In this document: positions 23,294 to 36,600 of the stretch, piece after piece
Layout of the letters: the number at the start of each line of letters is the position of its first letter
Numbering within the stretch: position 1 is the first letter of the stretch
DNA from: Antedon mediterranea
Taxonomy: Eukaryota; Animalia; Echinodermata
Reading direction: 5' to 3'
Assembly (NCBI RefSeq): GCF_964355755.1
Contig: NC_092670.1
Location: 38,180,388-38,244,387 of the forward strand
Length of the DNA stretch: 64,000 nt
Made by a program: the position numbers and the translations under genes
The notes under the pieces: generated by a model
What the model was told of the DNA's origin: nothing
What the model saw: only the letters and a program-made list of their open reading frames with translations
Databases searched by the model: none

Positions 23294-25764
23294 TCACCTC
23301 TTGATTCTGGATCCTATCCATTCTAATCCTTGGTATAATCTAAAATAAAAAGCAGAATAAATTAATTTTCCAAAACTGTTTCAAACAAAGTGAATGTATT
23401 GTGTTCTTACTTTAATAATTAATTTTAAACAGCTGGTTTTACCTAAATAATTTTCACTAAATCCAATTTTATAGAGTTGGAAGTGGTGGATTCTCACGAT
23501 ATGAAAAACAGGCAACAATATTGTAATACTGTATTTGAAATATATATCCTTAAAATTAATATTTCTATTTTATGTACAGTATATGGGTTTTGGAAGATAC
23601 ATTGAATTTGTTTCTTTATTTACCCTCAAAAGACTGGTCACCCAGTAATGATTAGTGTGTGAGCTAGTACACCGGGGTAACCCCCTACTCGTCTTTAAAG
23701 ATGTACTAGGTACCAGAACCATGGATCAAAGGAGCCTTGAACTCTTGGCGACCTTATGGCTATGTAATTACGGTTCCACTGTCTTAACCGCTCGGCCACT
23801 CACTACTCGGTCACTTGCTCGGCCACTTCAATAAAGTTTAACTCCAGACAAAGCAACTCCAAAGTACATAGGCATGTGTTTTACTTACCCTTCACCAGTA
23901 AGAGCACAGCAAGCCTGTATATGCCATCCATGATCCTTGACTGATGTTAAATTTAATTGTTGAGATATTTCAGTTGCTGACATTGAACCCTTTACATCTT
24001 GTTTATTGGCATATAATAAAACAGCTGCATGTTTTAAGTCCTAAATAAAAAATATTATTTAATAATCATATTATTTATTTACATAATGTAAAAACAGAAA
24101 CTTCCCTGAGAATTTCATGTAGTGATGAATAATTTTGAGGAAAAGACACCCCAGCTTAAGTTTGACAGAGTTTTACATGTCTGATGGTTTCATGAGGTCG
24201 TGGGTTCAAATCCCATCCTATACACTAAGTTCCGCTGTATAAACTTTGGTACTTAGAAATATCTCCTTCAGCAACATAGTATACAACCCTGCCCTCATGG
24301 CTCACGGAGAGAAACTTGTATGTAAACATTATTATACCATAAAACGTACCTCATTAGCTAACATTTGATATAGTTCAGCTTTTGAAATGTGTAGCCTCTC
24401 ACGATCAGTACTGTCTACGACTAAAATTACAAACTAAAAACAAAAAAAAACATATATTATTTAACATTAAATATGAGCACATTTTCTATAATTTACCAGT
24501 ATAATTTATATATAACATGAATACAGTATTCGTACAGTAGACTTAATGATAAAGTTTATTCTTTATATCTGTACCTTTATTTTTTTTATAAATTACATTT
24601 TGTAAAATTACATAACAATTACAAAAACTACAAAGCTGCACTATCAACTAAGATACTATACTGTAGCTACCTCCGTGCCTGCATAATATGTACTCCACGA
24701 TGACCTAAGTGACTCTTGACCTCCGATATCCCACATCAAAAATTGGATATTCCGCCACCTGACTTCCTCAACATTGCTACCAATTGTGGGTGAGGTATGT
24801 ACAACTTCATTCATTAATCTATTTTAAAACAAATGATGACTGGTGACAAAAATAGTAGTGATATGTCAAAATATGGCAGTGATATGACATCATCATGTCC
24901 ATATATGTACACATCACATTTTGTTGTCACAAAGTGTAGACAGAGCTTTAGAGATTTGAAGTGCGTGACATTTGTTGGTTGAAACGTACTGTATGCATGC
25001 TACATCTATTAGAGAGAGTTGGACGGATGCACATGTACAATGTAACGGTCATATGTGATGACATAAGCACCATGGTTGGGGGTGAGGTATGAACATTTTT
25101 TATATATGGACCTATAGGTCATTGGAAATGGCATTGAAATTTTGTTTTTGGAGTAAACATTTCACTGATGATCCACCGAAATTCAGAGCATTCTGGGGGT
25201 TTCACCTTCAAAAATATTTTGCGGCCCTATTGGGCCACAACCTATAATTTTCGGAACGTTGGTGTAATACACACTTTATTAACACACAAATAATAAGGCC
25301 ATAATGACCTAACAATAAAATTCCTGATATGTGAAATAAGAAGTCCTTTTTAATACGCCAGATAATCATACTTACATTTGATACAAAATAGTAGTTTTTC
25401 CAGCATTATCCAGCCCAACTATTATAACCTTATGTTCTATTAAATAGAATTAAAAAGAAAAATAAATAATTAAGGATGATTAACTTTCTCCTTTCTTAAA
25501 AGGGGTGCAGTAGAGTAATTAAATATTTTATGTATTCTATTTTATATTAATTTTATCAGTTATAATATTATTAATTTACTACTATTATAGTAGTAAATTA
25601 ATAATATTATAACTGATTACTACAGCAGGTACTATTAAATCTTCCCATAAATACCATATCGATTACAAGCTGGGCCTAGCTAGACCTGACCTAGGCCAGC
25701 CTGTCTAGGCATACGTACCTTCGTTTGTGAACAAACTCCATATCTTGGAGAAAAGAAACCCCAT
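23294..25764 (-). CDS. ARL5: ADP-ribosylation factor-like protein 5 (178 aa)
   Basis: Exons 25764-25719, 25436-25376, 24818-24671, 24433-24350, 24040-23889 and 23339-23294 (46/61/148/84/152/46 nt) give [54 protein letters not shown]...[13 protein letters not shown]...NKQD...[22 protein letters not shown]. Confidence 0.96.
23660..23830 (-). mobile_element. Degenerate tRNA-derived SINE remnant in ARL5 intron 5
   Basis: Minus strand reads agtggccgagcggttaag (A-box/D-arm-like; partly repeated). The accggggtaaccccctactc segment recalls conserved SINE central domains (inference). Confidence 0.45.
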
Positions 25765-25869
25765 GTCCAACTCGCACTCCGCTCTGTTTTGAAATGGCCT
25801 TCTTGAGGTTGGGCCTAGCCTAACCGCCGTTCGTTCTACTTCAGTCACAAATTCCACATTAGTTAGACT

Positions 25870-26060
25870 CTGAAAACATCATCAAAATAAAATCTAAACA
25901 TCCGAATCACAATATCTAAATATTATTATATGTTCGGGTGTTATTCCTTAAAATTAAGTGATTTTTAATCAAACACTTACCAAGCTTATCGTCTGATAAA
26001 AATGTGTAGATGTGTTCTGCGGTGCGTGTGGGATTCTTCTGCGCATGTTCACAATAGGTT
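25870..26060 (-). promoter_or_regulatory. ARL5 5'UTR intron and promoter
   Basis: Donor gtaagt at 25975-25980, acceptor ttttcag at 25870, and an NRF1-like TGCGCATG at ~26040. Confidence 0.45.
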
Positions 26061-26399
26061 GTGACCGTGGAGAGCCGGTTCCGTGGATGACCGAAGTTTC
26101 AACTTGACTAATAATTTATGACGTACTGTATGACATCATTATAAGGTATATTAACGCTTCAAATAAATACAGTTTTGACATCACAATAATACATGTTTTG
26201 TAAACACAAATTAAAATGTATGTAAACTAATTGAAACGTCGTCTTAGCCTGTGAACGTGTGTGTATGTGTCATTGAACATAACTCAGTGATTGTCGAGAT
26301 TTTAATATTATTGCATTTTTTATTCTACAAATAATAAATATACAAATAAATATATAGCTTATATTTATATATAAGGTGGTGATTCGATTGTACGCGTGT

Positions 26400-27262
26400 G
26401 GTTTTTAACATGGTGTAGAATAGTTAAAAGAGCCAATCAAAGAATGTTTATACTTCGCAAAATGAAATCACTTAGTATTGATAGCTCCCTGTTAAAATTG
26501 TTAAATTATACCACCATGATCCAAAGTAATTATCGTCTTTCTGTTTGATATGCAAAAAATATTAATAAAAAAGATAAAAAGAAATTGAATCGCATTACAA
26601 AGAAAGCTGAATATATTGTTAAAGATCCGTTGGTGCAGTTAGATGAAATATAAATAGATTGGATAGTGAAGGCAGCTCATAAAATAATTAAGGATGTTGA
26701 TCATCCCCTTAGCAAATACTTTATTATCAAACGCAATGGTAGAATACATGTTCCAATAACTAAGACAAACAGATCGAGATATGTCTTTGTTGCAAATGCT
26801 ATTCATATAATTAATTCACGTCACCATCGATAAAATGTTATGTAATACAAGACTATGTAAACAATGAAACTTTTAAAACGTAAATTTTTTCGATTTATAA
26901 ATGTTTTTATATTTTTAATATTTTTAAACGTTTTTAACATTTTTAGCCTATTTGAAATTTTAGCAATTTATAAATTGTAAAGGTTTTATGAACATTCTAA
27001 TGGTTTGAATCCTTTTAAAGCTGTTTTTAATCCTTTTAAAGCTGTTTTAAACTATTTTAATCTCCTGAATCCTATATTCAATTTTAATACCTAGTCATTT
27101 TTACACCGTGTTTCATAACTTTTTGTGCAATTATGTGTGTACTTAATATATTATATTGTATATCTATTTATTATTGTACTAATAATTGTCAATCTTCAAG
27201 AAGAATTTCTGTTGTTATTTTATGATGATGATGGACAAATAAAGCATCTCAGTATTCAGTAT
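26400..27262 (+). mobile_element. Degenerate Rex1/Babar/CR1-group LINE 3' end
   Basis: Translates (with stops and frameshifts) to KRANQRMFILRKM...KKKLNRITKKAEYIV...IIKDVDHPL...KTNRSRYVFVANAI, typical of this group's ORF2 C-terminus. Followed by an AT-rich UTR, aataaa (27237) and cagtattcagtat. Confidence 0.7.
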
Positions 27263-27682
27263 GGTGTGAGTTATTTTGCTATTTATGATTTCAATATTCT
27301 ATATTTTTGCTATTCGGGAAGCATATACAGTATGATTTTAGTAAAATATATTAGTTATTATATTTTTTCCATTTTATATTGGTTAGCTTTACAAATGTTA
27401 TCAGTGGTTATTAGATTGATTGATCTTTTAATATAATAAATAAATAATAATAAATAATAAATTACCGTATAAAATACAAGAATAACACTAATAGTAATAA
27501 TCTACTCTCGGTTGTCAAACCAGCTGACAATCGCACATTAATTCATAAACTTGAGAGAAGAAACTTGCAAACCCACCCGTGCGGATGAGACCAGCAGCAT
27601 GCTACCACTTAATATTGCACTTAAAGATTGATTAATATATTAATACTAACTAATTAAAAATGTTTTTAAATGATTTTATTGA

Positions 27683-30600
27683 TCACCGCCTCATCAGAAT
27701 GACGTCATTCGAAGATAACGAATTCTTTCCCAATACAACTTCACTCTTCTCGCTTCGCTTGATTCGAGATTCACTCGGATACGAAGAAGAATAGGATTTA
27801 GAATTTGGGTTATTATAAGACTTTGAGTAAAATGTTGATTGGGCTGTGGAGCCTGACTTAATTGATCGAAACATTTTGGTATGTTTTGGAACAGCACGTA
27901 ACATTTTCCACCAGTGTGAACGCACCTCTGAACTTCTAGCGCAATACATAACGAAAATAAGGAAACCTTGGAAAGAGTTGAGAATACAAAATAACCATAG
28001 TACAAACACCGAAGCTTCTCCAATAGCGAAGAAACCAACGAGCCACGTCAGACCCAACACCATCACTATGCTTGCTCCATTCTGAAGCATTTTTATTCCT
28101 CTGCGTTTGGTTCCCTTCGGCCTAGCTTGATTACTGTTTTTTCCCATTTTGCTTAAACTGTGTAAAACCATCACAAATATGATCATGTTAAACAGTAAAC
28201 AGAGTGCGACTGGTATAGCCACTCCATAGTACATACGCTGAAGTGTTAAGAAACAACTGAAAACAAACGGAGAATGATTAACAATATACTATTAATTATA
28301 TACACTAGCAAACTTTACGTGAATAAATGGTAGCGATATTCCCAAATATGGTAGATATGAATTCATCATGTCCATATTATATGGGCACATCACGACATCA
28401 CTCAGTGCGCCACTTCATAGCAATATTCAAGTAGATAATTTTCCCAAAATAAAACTTACTGAGCTTCGCCGTTGACGTAACCATCAATATCAATTAAAAC
28501 ACAGATTAAGACGATTGCAACAGGTAGACCTAATGAACGAAAGGTGTATAAATTAAAATTATGGTATCAGTCAGTAGTTAAGTATCTAAAAACAAGCCAA
28601 TATAACAACAGAACACTGAGCTTTCCTTGCCAAGATAGGAACTCGTAATAGTCTTTTGACAAAAACAAAGCTATACCACTGTTTGAAAGTTGGGTTGGAA
28701 TCCAAATGTCGTACTAACTATCTGCCTACACTATAAAACTAGTTCGACAAAAAAGTGTGATGTGCCCAAATATAGTATAGTGATATGCCCAAATATGGTA
28801 GTGATATGACATCAAAATGTCAATATTTGGGCAAATCACACTTTTTTGTGAACAGAGCTTAACACTTACCCCATGCAAATAAGGAAGCTTTCACTAAAAA
28901 TCGAGACACGTGAGTATCGAAAACTTTCACAAACAAGTAGTACATATTAACGGCCTGAACTGTCATCCAGAAAATGGAAGAGAGTAAGAAATAATGCACC
29001 AAGGCACCAGCTGCGATGCACCCTCGTCTGTTACCAGTTTGGTCGATTCCAGCAAGAAAGACAACGTACAGAGAAAGCAGCGACACACAGAGGTGACATA
29101 AGATTTGTTTCGGTTCTGATCTTCGGAATTTTCTAAAAACAATAGTAAATATTCTACCAACAATATTTCTCAACATGCATCAAACTTATATTTGCGTTAA
29201 ATGTTAGCAGCCTTAAAAAGACGATAATTCTAAAAGATAATTTCAATAATTCGCGCTTATAGAATTGCAATTTATGTATGCCTCGATTAGGATTAATAGA
29301 GTTGTATAACCAATAGTGTTACAGTATATATATTGTTACCGTGACAAATAATAAAAAAAAATTATAAGCAATTTACCTTTTTGTTAAAAACGTGATGATT
29401 GTAAGGCAAAGGGACACTATGGATAGAATTAGACCAACTAGAGTTACAATATCGGCCGCTGGAGGCAGAACAATGTCAGTGTTATAGAAATCCTATGGAA
29501 AAAAAAGATATATAACTAAAATACTACCGATTTCAAAAGACTTGTTATCATTGAAAACCATTCATTGTGATGTTTTTTATTCTTTAAATCTGTTTATTAA
29601 GGGGACACTTTCTGGACCAAAAAAATCTACCATTCAAGATTCAAGATTCAAGATTCAAGAAATTTTATTTGTCCATAAAATGGAAATTCACTTTGCTTGG
29701 TAGATTAAAACAACAGAATAGCAACAATTTAAAAACGTGCAGTATGATAACAGATTAAAAATACAAGATAAAAAGTTAAAAATACTGTTAAAAATGTAAA
29801 ACTATTAAAAATTGCATTAACGTCTTACATTAGAATTAAAAATATGAATGCTATTTACAACGAAGGATTTTCTAGTTCTACAAAGATTTGCTCTCGGAGG
29901 TCGTAGCCTAATGCCTGATCTATTTAAGTTATAACAGTAATGTAACGGATGAGTGGGGTCTTTCATAATATTGTTAACTTTTTTTAGAATACTCTTTTCA
30001 TAGATAAATGAACAAGGCGTTAGATCAGCTTTAATAATACGTTGTGCAATTTTTTGTCCAAAAAAGAGGAATTTAACCAGGGAAGAGTTAATTTAACTCT
30101 TCAAACTGGTTTAACTGTAGTTGCCTCACCATAAGTATAGCGAAGTTGGTAAGATGGGTACATTCACAATATTGCCTGTCACTACCGTCAGTGGATCCAT
30201 TTACAAAAGTGCAGCCTTCTGATGACCAGCCGCCGGTTCCAAACAAGTTGAAATCCCAAAACACACAAGTTGTGTTTATGTTTGTTTCAGAAATCTGAGA
30301 TTAAAATCAGAAAATGATATTTACCTCCAGAATACTAATTTTCTGACATACAAACACATTTGCTGGTCATCATGTGCATTGGTCAAGAGTCAAGTACAAA
30401 AATGATTATTAATTATTAGAAAAGTGTGTTTTGTTTAATTATTTCCCATATCAAAAACACTCAATTTATCTTTAAAAGTGGCAATGTTTGGTGTAATTAA
30501 CTAAAACTCTGTCTACACTATCAAACTTATTTGAAAAAAAAGTGTGATGTGCTCATATAATTGTAGTGTTATGCATAAATATGGTAGTTATATGACATCA

Positions 30601-33600
30601 TCATGTCCATATATGGCACATCACATTTTTTGTCACATACAGTTTGATAGTGTAGACAGAGCTTAAGAAAGTACAAATTCAAAGCATGGATGAATATGGT
30701 ATTTAGTATTCAACATGCTTCACGTGCCAATATCTATCTAATTTCTATTTTTTGTAAAAAAACCTTTTCCTTTAAAAGTTGGTCTAACTGATATTTAAAA
30801 AGAATGAATTTAAAATGGATACCTCAAGTGGAATAAAAGTAATCACAATCGGATCTTCCAATTCCACTCGTTCCAAATCCGGTATTGACAGAGAAATCAC
30901 CTGACTGTTTGGTCGCCGACCAGAGCTTTCATTGATGAACTGACTTGACTGGAACAAGCGACTGTCATTATAAACAACAACTACAACTCGAAAATCTATC
31001 AGAAAAGGTTTTACATATTATCTTTAATCTTCTTTCTTCATAGTTTAATGATATATTAGAGTCTTCAGATGAAAATGGTAAATGTCGATGTTAAATCTTA
31101 ATTTAAAAATTGCAGTTGATGATCTATTACCTGTCATGTTGTTTTCTTTGATGACGTCAGAAATGCTAGTTGGCAGGGCAATCGACACGTTTGCAGTTTC
31201 AGGTATCTGTGTATCATCAGTAATTACTTCGACGTTGCCAACACCATCCTGATTCGACTTGGAGATATAGCTCAAGTAAGTGGTGTTGACTTGACTGATT
31301 TGGTCAGCGTTGATCATCTGTGCCTGTACTGCGACGTTCGGTGTGATTTCCATGTATGTACCATCTTCATCAAGCTCAACCTGACTAAGTTGTTGTTCAA
31401 GAGCCTCGACAATCATAGTAGGAGCTTGATCCTCCACCTGACTTTCCATCAAAATGTCCTCATCAACTCCAAACAAATTATCCACTACAGTCACCATCGA
31501 GTCGGTTACCTATTTAGAATTAATATCATCTTATTTGTTTGAATTCTTCTCATGATATACTATGAATAAATCAGCATTCATCATGAATATCGATAAAAAT
31601 TAATAAATTTGCATTAACTATAATTACTTAATGGTAGGATGGAATATTTTAAATACGGCGTGGTTTTCATCTGGAATTATGATTATGATGATATTTCATA
31701 ATTAGTGTAATAAATGTATGGATTATTTTGTCGAATGTACAGCAATTACCTCTGTAGAGTTGGAACCTGTCTGTGAGATCTCTTCTAGAACTTCTGCAGT
31801 AGATTCTAAGGCATTGACTGTTATTTCTTCCGTATTACTTGTAATCTCCTCTACGTCATTGCTGACCTCTTCTACATTCTCCATTGTAACATTCATCTAA
31901 CAAATTTTTGCAAGAATTTATTTAGACTGTCAAATCCAATCAAATTGTGTCAATACTTTAATAATTCCTTCACAGACAAAACTCAACTTATTTTTAAGGT
32001 AGAAGATTAAGTATAAAGCCGATTCTCCACTAGGCGAATCAGCTTATATACGCATGCGTATTCATCTTTCCATCTTCTAAATCCCGGCCCTCTCTACTCA
32101 TGCGTATAAACTGAAGCTTTCGATTCGTGCTAAAAAATTCGCCTAGTGTAAAATCTGCTTAAAGATTGCTTTACAATGTATGGTTGTTAAAATACGATTT
32201 TTACCATTACGATACGGTCCAATAATTGTTCTGCCGTTGCGTCTGGCCCACAGTCGGTCTGCGCTGGATCTTCCCACTCAGCCGGACTAAATCCATCACC
32301 TCCACAGGCTCGTGTTGCAATCGGTAGAAGATCTTATTTTAAAATAAAATTTAATTTCTATAAGCACGCATGACGATCAGGACAATCTTAGATACGTAAG
32401 AGACCATGTACAATTACATCTACTGCAGTTACTGCAGTAACTATGCTTTGTTTACTCAACTTGTTACTGCAATTGCTTAGCAAGTTTGTTTTTTTAGATT
32501 GAAACAAATTAAATCATACATTACTGCAGTAAAAATGTATAGTTACTGCAGTAACTATATTATAATAACTGTGACATGATCCTTAATCGAAATACACTCT
32601 ATACTTCTTTTTTGTAATCTCCAAAGTACAATAAATTGGGTGGTGTAGTAAATATATTACAATAATTATGACATGATCCATAAACGAAATACAGTCTATA
32701 CTTCTTTTTGTAATATCCAAAATAAAATAGATTAGATGGGTGTAGAAATGTATACGTTAAAGGTACTTACAATTTACTTTGCTTTCGTCACAAGTCTCTT
32801 CAGAATTGGCAATAGTATCAACTTGTGTCTCTGGAAACGCATACAAACCATCATACACGTCTTCGTAGCATGATTCTGTCGGAAAAACAGTGCATAAAGG
32901 ATTACCGTAAAATCAATTTCAAACGTCTGACAAAGTAGGCCTAACATACAACTGGTAGAGACGTGTTGAAAGCTTGGGATCGAGAAGGAAGAAACTTTTT
33001 GAGGCATGTTAATCTATATGCAAGTTAATTCAGTAAGCGGAAAAACACACGTAATTATTGTCTTTTTCTAACATTATTTTTATATTTTCGGTATTAATGC
33101 ACTTAATACTGTACATATTGTTTCATAATAATTCATAATTTCATTTCAATTGTGAAAACCACATTTCTGTTTTTTACTTATATATAATGATATTATGAAT
33201 ATAATATTGTTATTATATTGTTAACGTTCTCTACTGAACCACTTTGGAAATCAATGATTTAGCACTGAAAGTATCATTCAGTATAAAGACAGAATAAATA
33301 AATAAATAATATTATGACAATGATATAATATATTCGAAATTATTAATTATTAAACGTATTAATTAATTGAATGTATAAAGTACCACATACCTGTACTGCT
33401 TAAGACGATCATATCAGCTAGAAGGTATCCATCAGAATTATTGCCAATCCTTATTAGTTCTACGGTAAGAGCTTCAGAAAATTCACTATACGACGTGTTG
33501 GCGTTCAGTAACACATAGAAGTTAACCAACGATATGATACTACCTTCTGAAAAACTACGAACTTGCAAGAAAGTCTCACCACCATCCAACATCAGCTCTT

Positions 33601-36600
33601 TATTCAACTGAACAAATACAAAAGAAATATATATAATTTGCTCAGCTTGGAAGAAATTATCTTTTCAGTTTTAGCCCAGCACTGGTGTGCATATATGTTT
33701 TTCACGAAACTGACTATCAAACTTTATGTGACAAAAAAATGTGATGTACTCTATCACTACCATATTTGGGCATATCACTACCATATTTGGGCATATCACT
33801 ACCATATTTGGGCATATCACTACCATATTTGGGCACATCACACCCTTTTTTTTTATCAAACTAGTTATATGTAGACATATCTTTATATACACAGTATGGA
33901 GAAATTAATTTGATCCTGAATAGTATACAAAACATACAAAGACAAGACATACAAACGTAGTTATATTCGAGGATTCATCTTTAAAAGCAGTTGACGATGG
34001 ATCGTTAAGGTTCTCAGTAAATGTTTTACTAAATGCCATAGATACAGGGATTACTGATATACCTGAAAAAGAAGTAAAAAAGAAATTTTCTAAAAGAAAT
34101 CTCAGTTGAGAATTTAGAAAAATGTTGTGAAGCCATCACTGCATCGCACATAATTTCACATTGTATAATATTAGATGTATGAGATAATATATTTGTATAA
34201 AGAATTGTATTCAACATTTAAATAATAAGCCTACAGTCTTACCTTGAACAAGAAGTGGTACCCCATCTGAGGAAAATAAAGTTGCACTGTGTGGGCCTGC
34301 TCCATAGCCACTGCAGGTGTAATACCCTTGGTTGTCAATAGTAACCATCACTGTTATTGATTCTCTGTTGCTTGTCGAAACAAGAGATACGCCATCTTTG
34401 TACCATTGCCAGTTGTCTGAGTTGAATACTGCGCAGATCATTTCAACACTATCATACAGATTAGCTGTTACCGAATTTGGAAGAACTGTAAACACCGGAG
34501 GATCTGAAACATAAAATATGATAAATTGGTAAAGAGAGCAAACTACTTGTTTTTCAGCTTAATCTAATAAATCGCTTTCATATACTTGTGTCATTATATT
34601 TTCTCAGTAACTTTTCTCACCTGGTTCAATTTCGCAAAACTCTCCACTATAGAATAATTGGCAAATACATTGAAATACTCCATTGTCGGCCTGGCAGACA
34701 CCATCATTTAAACATACTATATCTGTACATGCATCTGTAATAAAAATCATATAGGTAAAGAAATCGGTGACTGTATGTGGCAGTCAATGAATTGAAGACT
34801 CTTTAAAAAGAGAAACGTAAGATAAGTTAAACAAAGAAGACCAGCACTCACACACATTGATGTACGAGATACTGGTATGCAGAGAGAATGAACTGGCTGT
34901 CACAATGACAGATAAGAAGTTATGGAGGAATTTAGTCATAAAAGTTCGGTTATGTCCCGGAGTAAGTAAGTAAGTAAGATCGAATTAACAAAATAAAAAT
35001 AAAAGCAGAACTTACCAATAACAGAAACCATAAAAGAACATGTTGCAGTATTCTCATATATATCAGTAGCAGTATATGTAACTGAATATGTGCCAACTTC
35101 CCATTCATCGTCTGGTGATGCAGAAGCAGATAAGGTAACTTCTTCTCCAGAGTTATCGTCAGGTTCTGGAACTTCCCAAGTAACGCTTCTGTCAATGTCG
35201 CTAACAACATTACTAGGGCATACAAGATTTGGGATTTCTTTATCTGAAAACAATTATTAATAGGCCTATATAAATATGAATTTTAACTGTTTACCAGGAA
35301 ATAGATTATATGAATCCGTTGTTTATGTTGTAATTTCTTCTTATCTGAATAAAAAAAATACTGTTGGTTTGTTTCGGAAAAAGGACATATTGACTTTTAC
35401 CAGTACTGTATAGGTTTTGAGTGTTACGTTTTGTCAACCTTTCTCATTACATATGGCAGACATTGCACTAGGGATCATTCAAATGAATTCTAAATGTTTT
35501 ATATTTCTTTAAAAAAAGATCTGCGTGTGCTCACCTTCGACATTTATATCAAAGGAACATTCTGCAACATTTCCCGATGAGTCTGTAGCAACATATTCGA
35601 CAGTTGTACGTCCAATAGGGAAGCTGTCACCCGGTGAATGAGATGACGATGTCGCCACTTCACCAGAGTTATCTTCAACTTGAACAACCCAGACGACAAT
35701 GGCTTCTGGGCTCCTGGAATCGGTTTCAACAACAGGAAATAAAGGACACGTGATAGTGGGATCTTCAAAATCTATAATTAGAATATAAAAATGGATTCAA
35801 TTGAATGATAGATACCTCATATTAATAAAATCAATTTCACTTCATTTCAATAACATTTATTCAATAATGGTAAGACAAATAATACAAGAATAATAAACAA
35901 TAAGAAACAGTAAATACAAAACAAAAACAAGAAGAGGTAAATAAGAGAAAGGAATGCCATCATTGAGGTCATGATATAGATATTGAAATATTGAATTAAA
36001 GATTGGAACTCGCATTAACACCACGAAGTTACTATTTTTATACCTACACATGAGGTATACCTATTCATGATTAATACTAATTAATCAAATAAATTAATCA
36101 AATATTCCATCTACTTACCTTTCACTGAGATCGTAAATGTGCATTCTTTTGTGTTACCAGCAACATCGAATGCCATAAAAGTGACCTCAGTTTCCCCAAC
36201 GGGAAACGAGGAACCAGCAGGAACACTAAAGGTTTCTGAGGCAATATCTACGTTGTCAGTTGCAGTTGCCGTGTAGTTTATTACAGCTGTTTTGGCGCCA
36301 TCAGTTAAATTGGTGGTTATATCACTGGGGCAAGTTACCGTAGGAGCCTCGTTGTCTTAAATGAAACATATTAAAACCGCAATAATGTAATATTGTCATT
36401 ATTTTCGTAATTACGTTATCGCATGAGTGTCAGTATATTAAATGAAAAGTTCAATAATGACTTTTTATAATGAAATTATCTTAGCGAGTCCAGTTTCTTA
36501 AATAAAAAGCAGGACAATAACACTGTAATATACATTACTGGAAATTTGATACAAGATATTTTTGTTTTGTATTATATCAATAAATTATGCATAGAATAAG

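Noticed and set aside
27125-27436. 103-aa hydrophobic ORF
   Set aside because: AT-rich low-complexity sequence in the LINE tail and aGPCR 3' region, with no ATG start or motif support.
33563-33892. YHYHIWA / CPNMVVI repeat ORFs
   Set aside because: They are translations of the 21-bp internal repeat of a family-A MITE.
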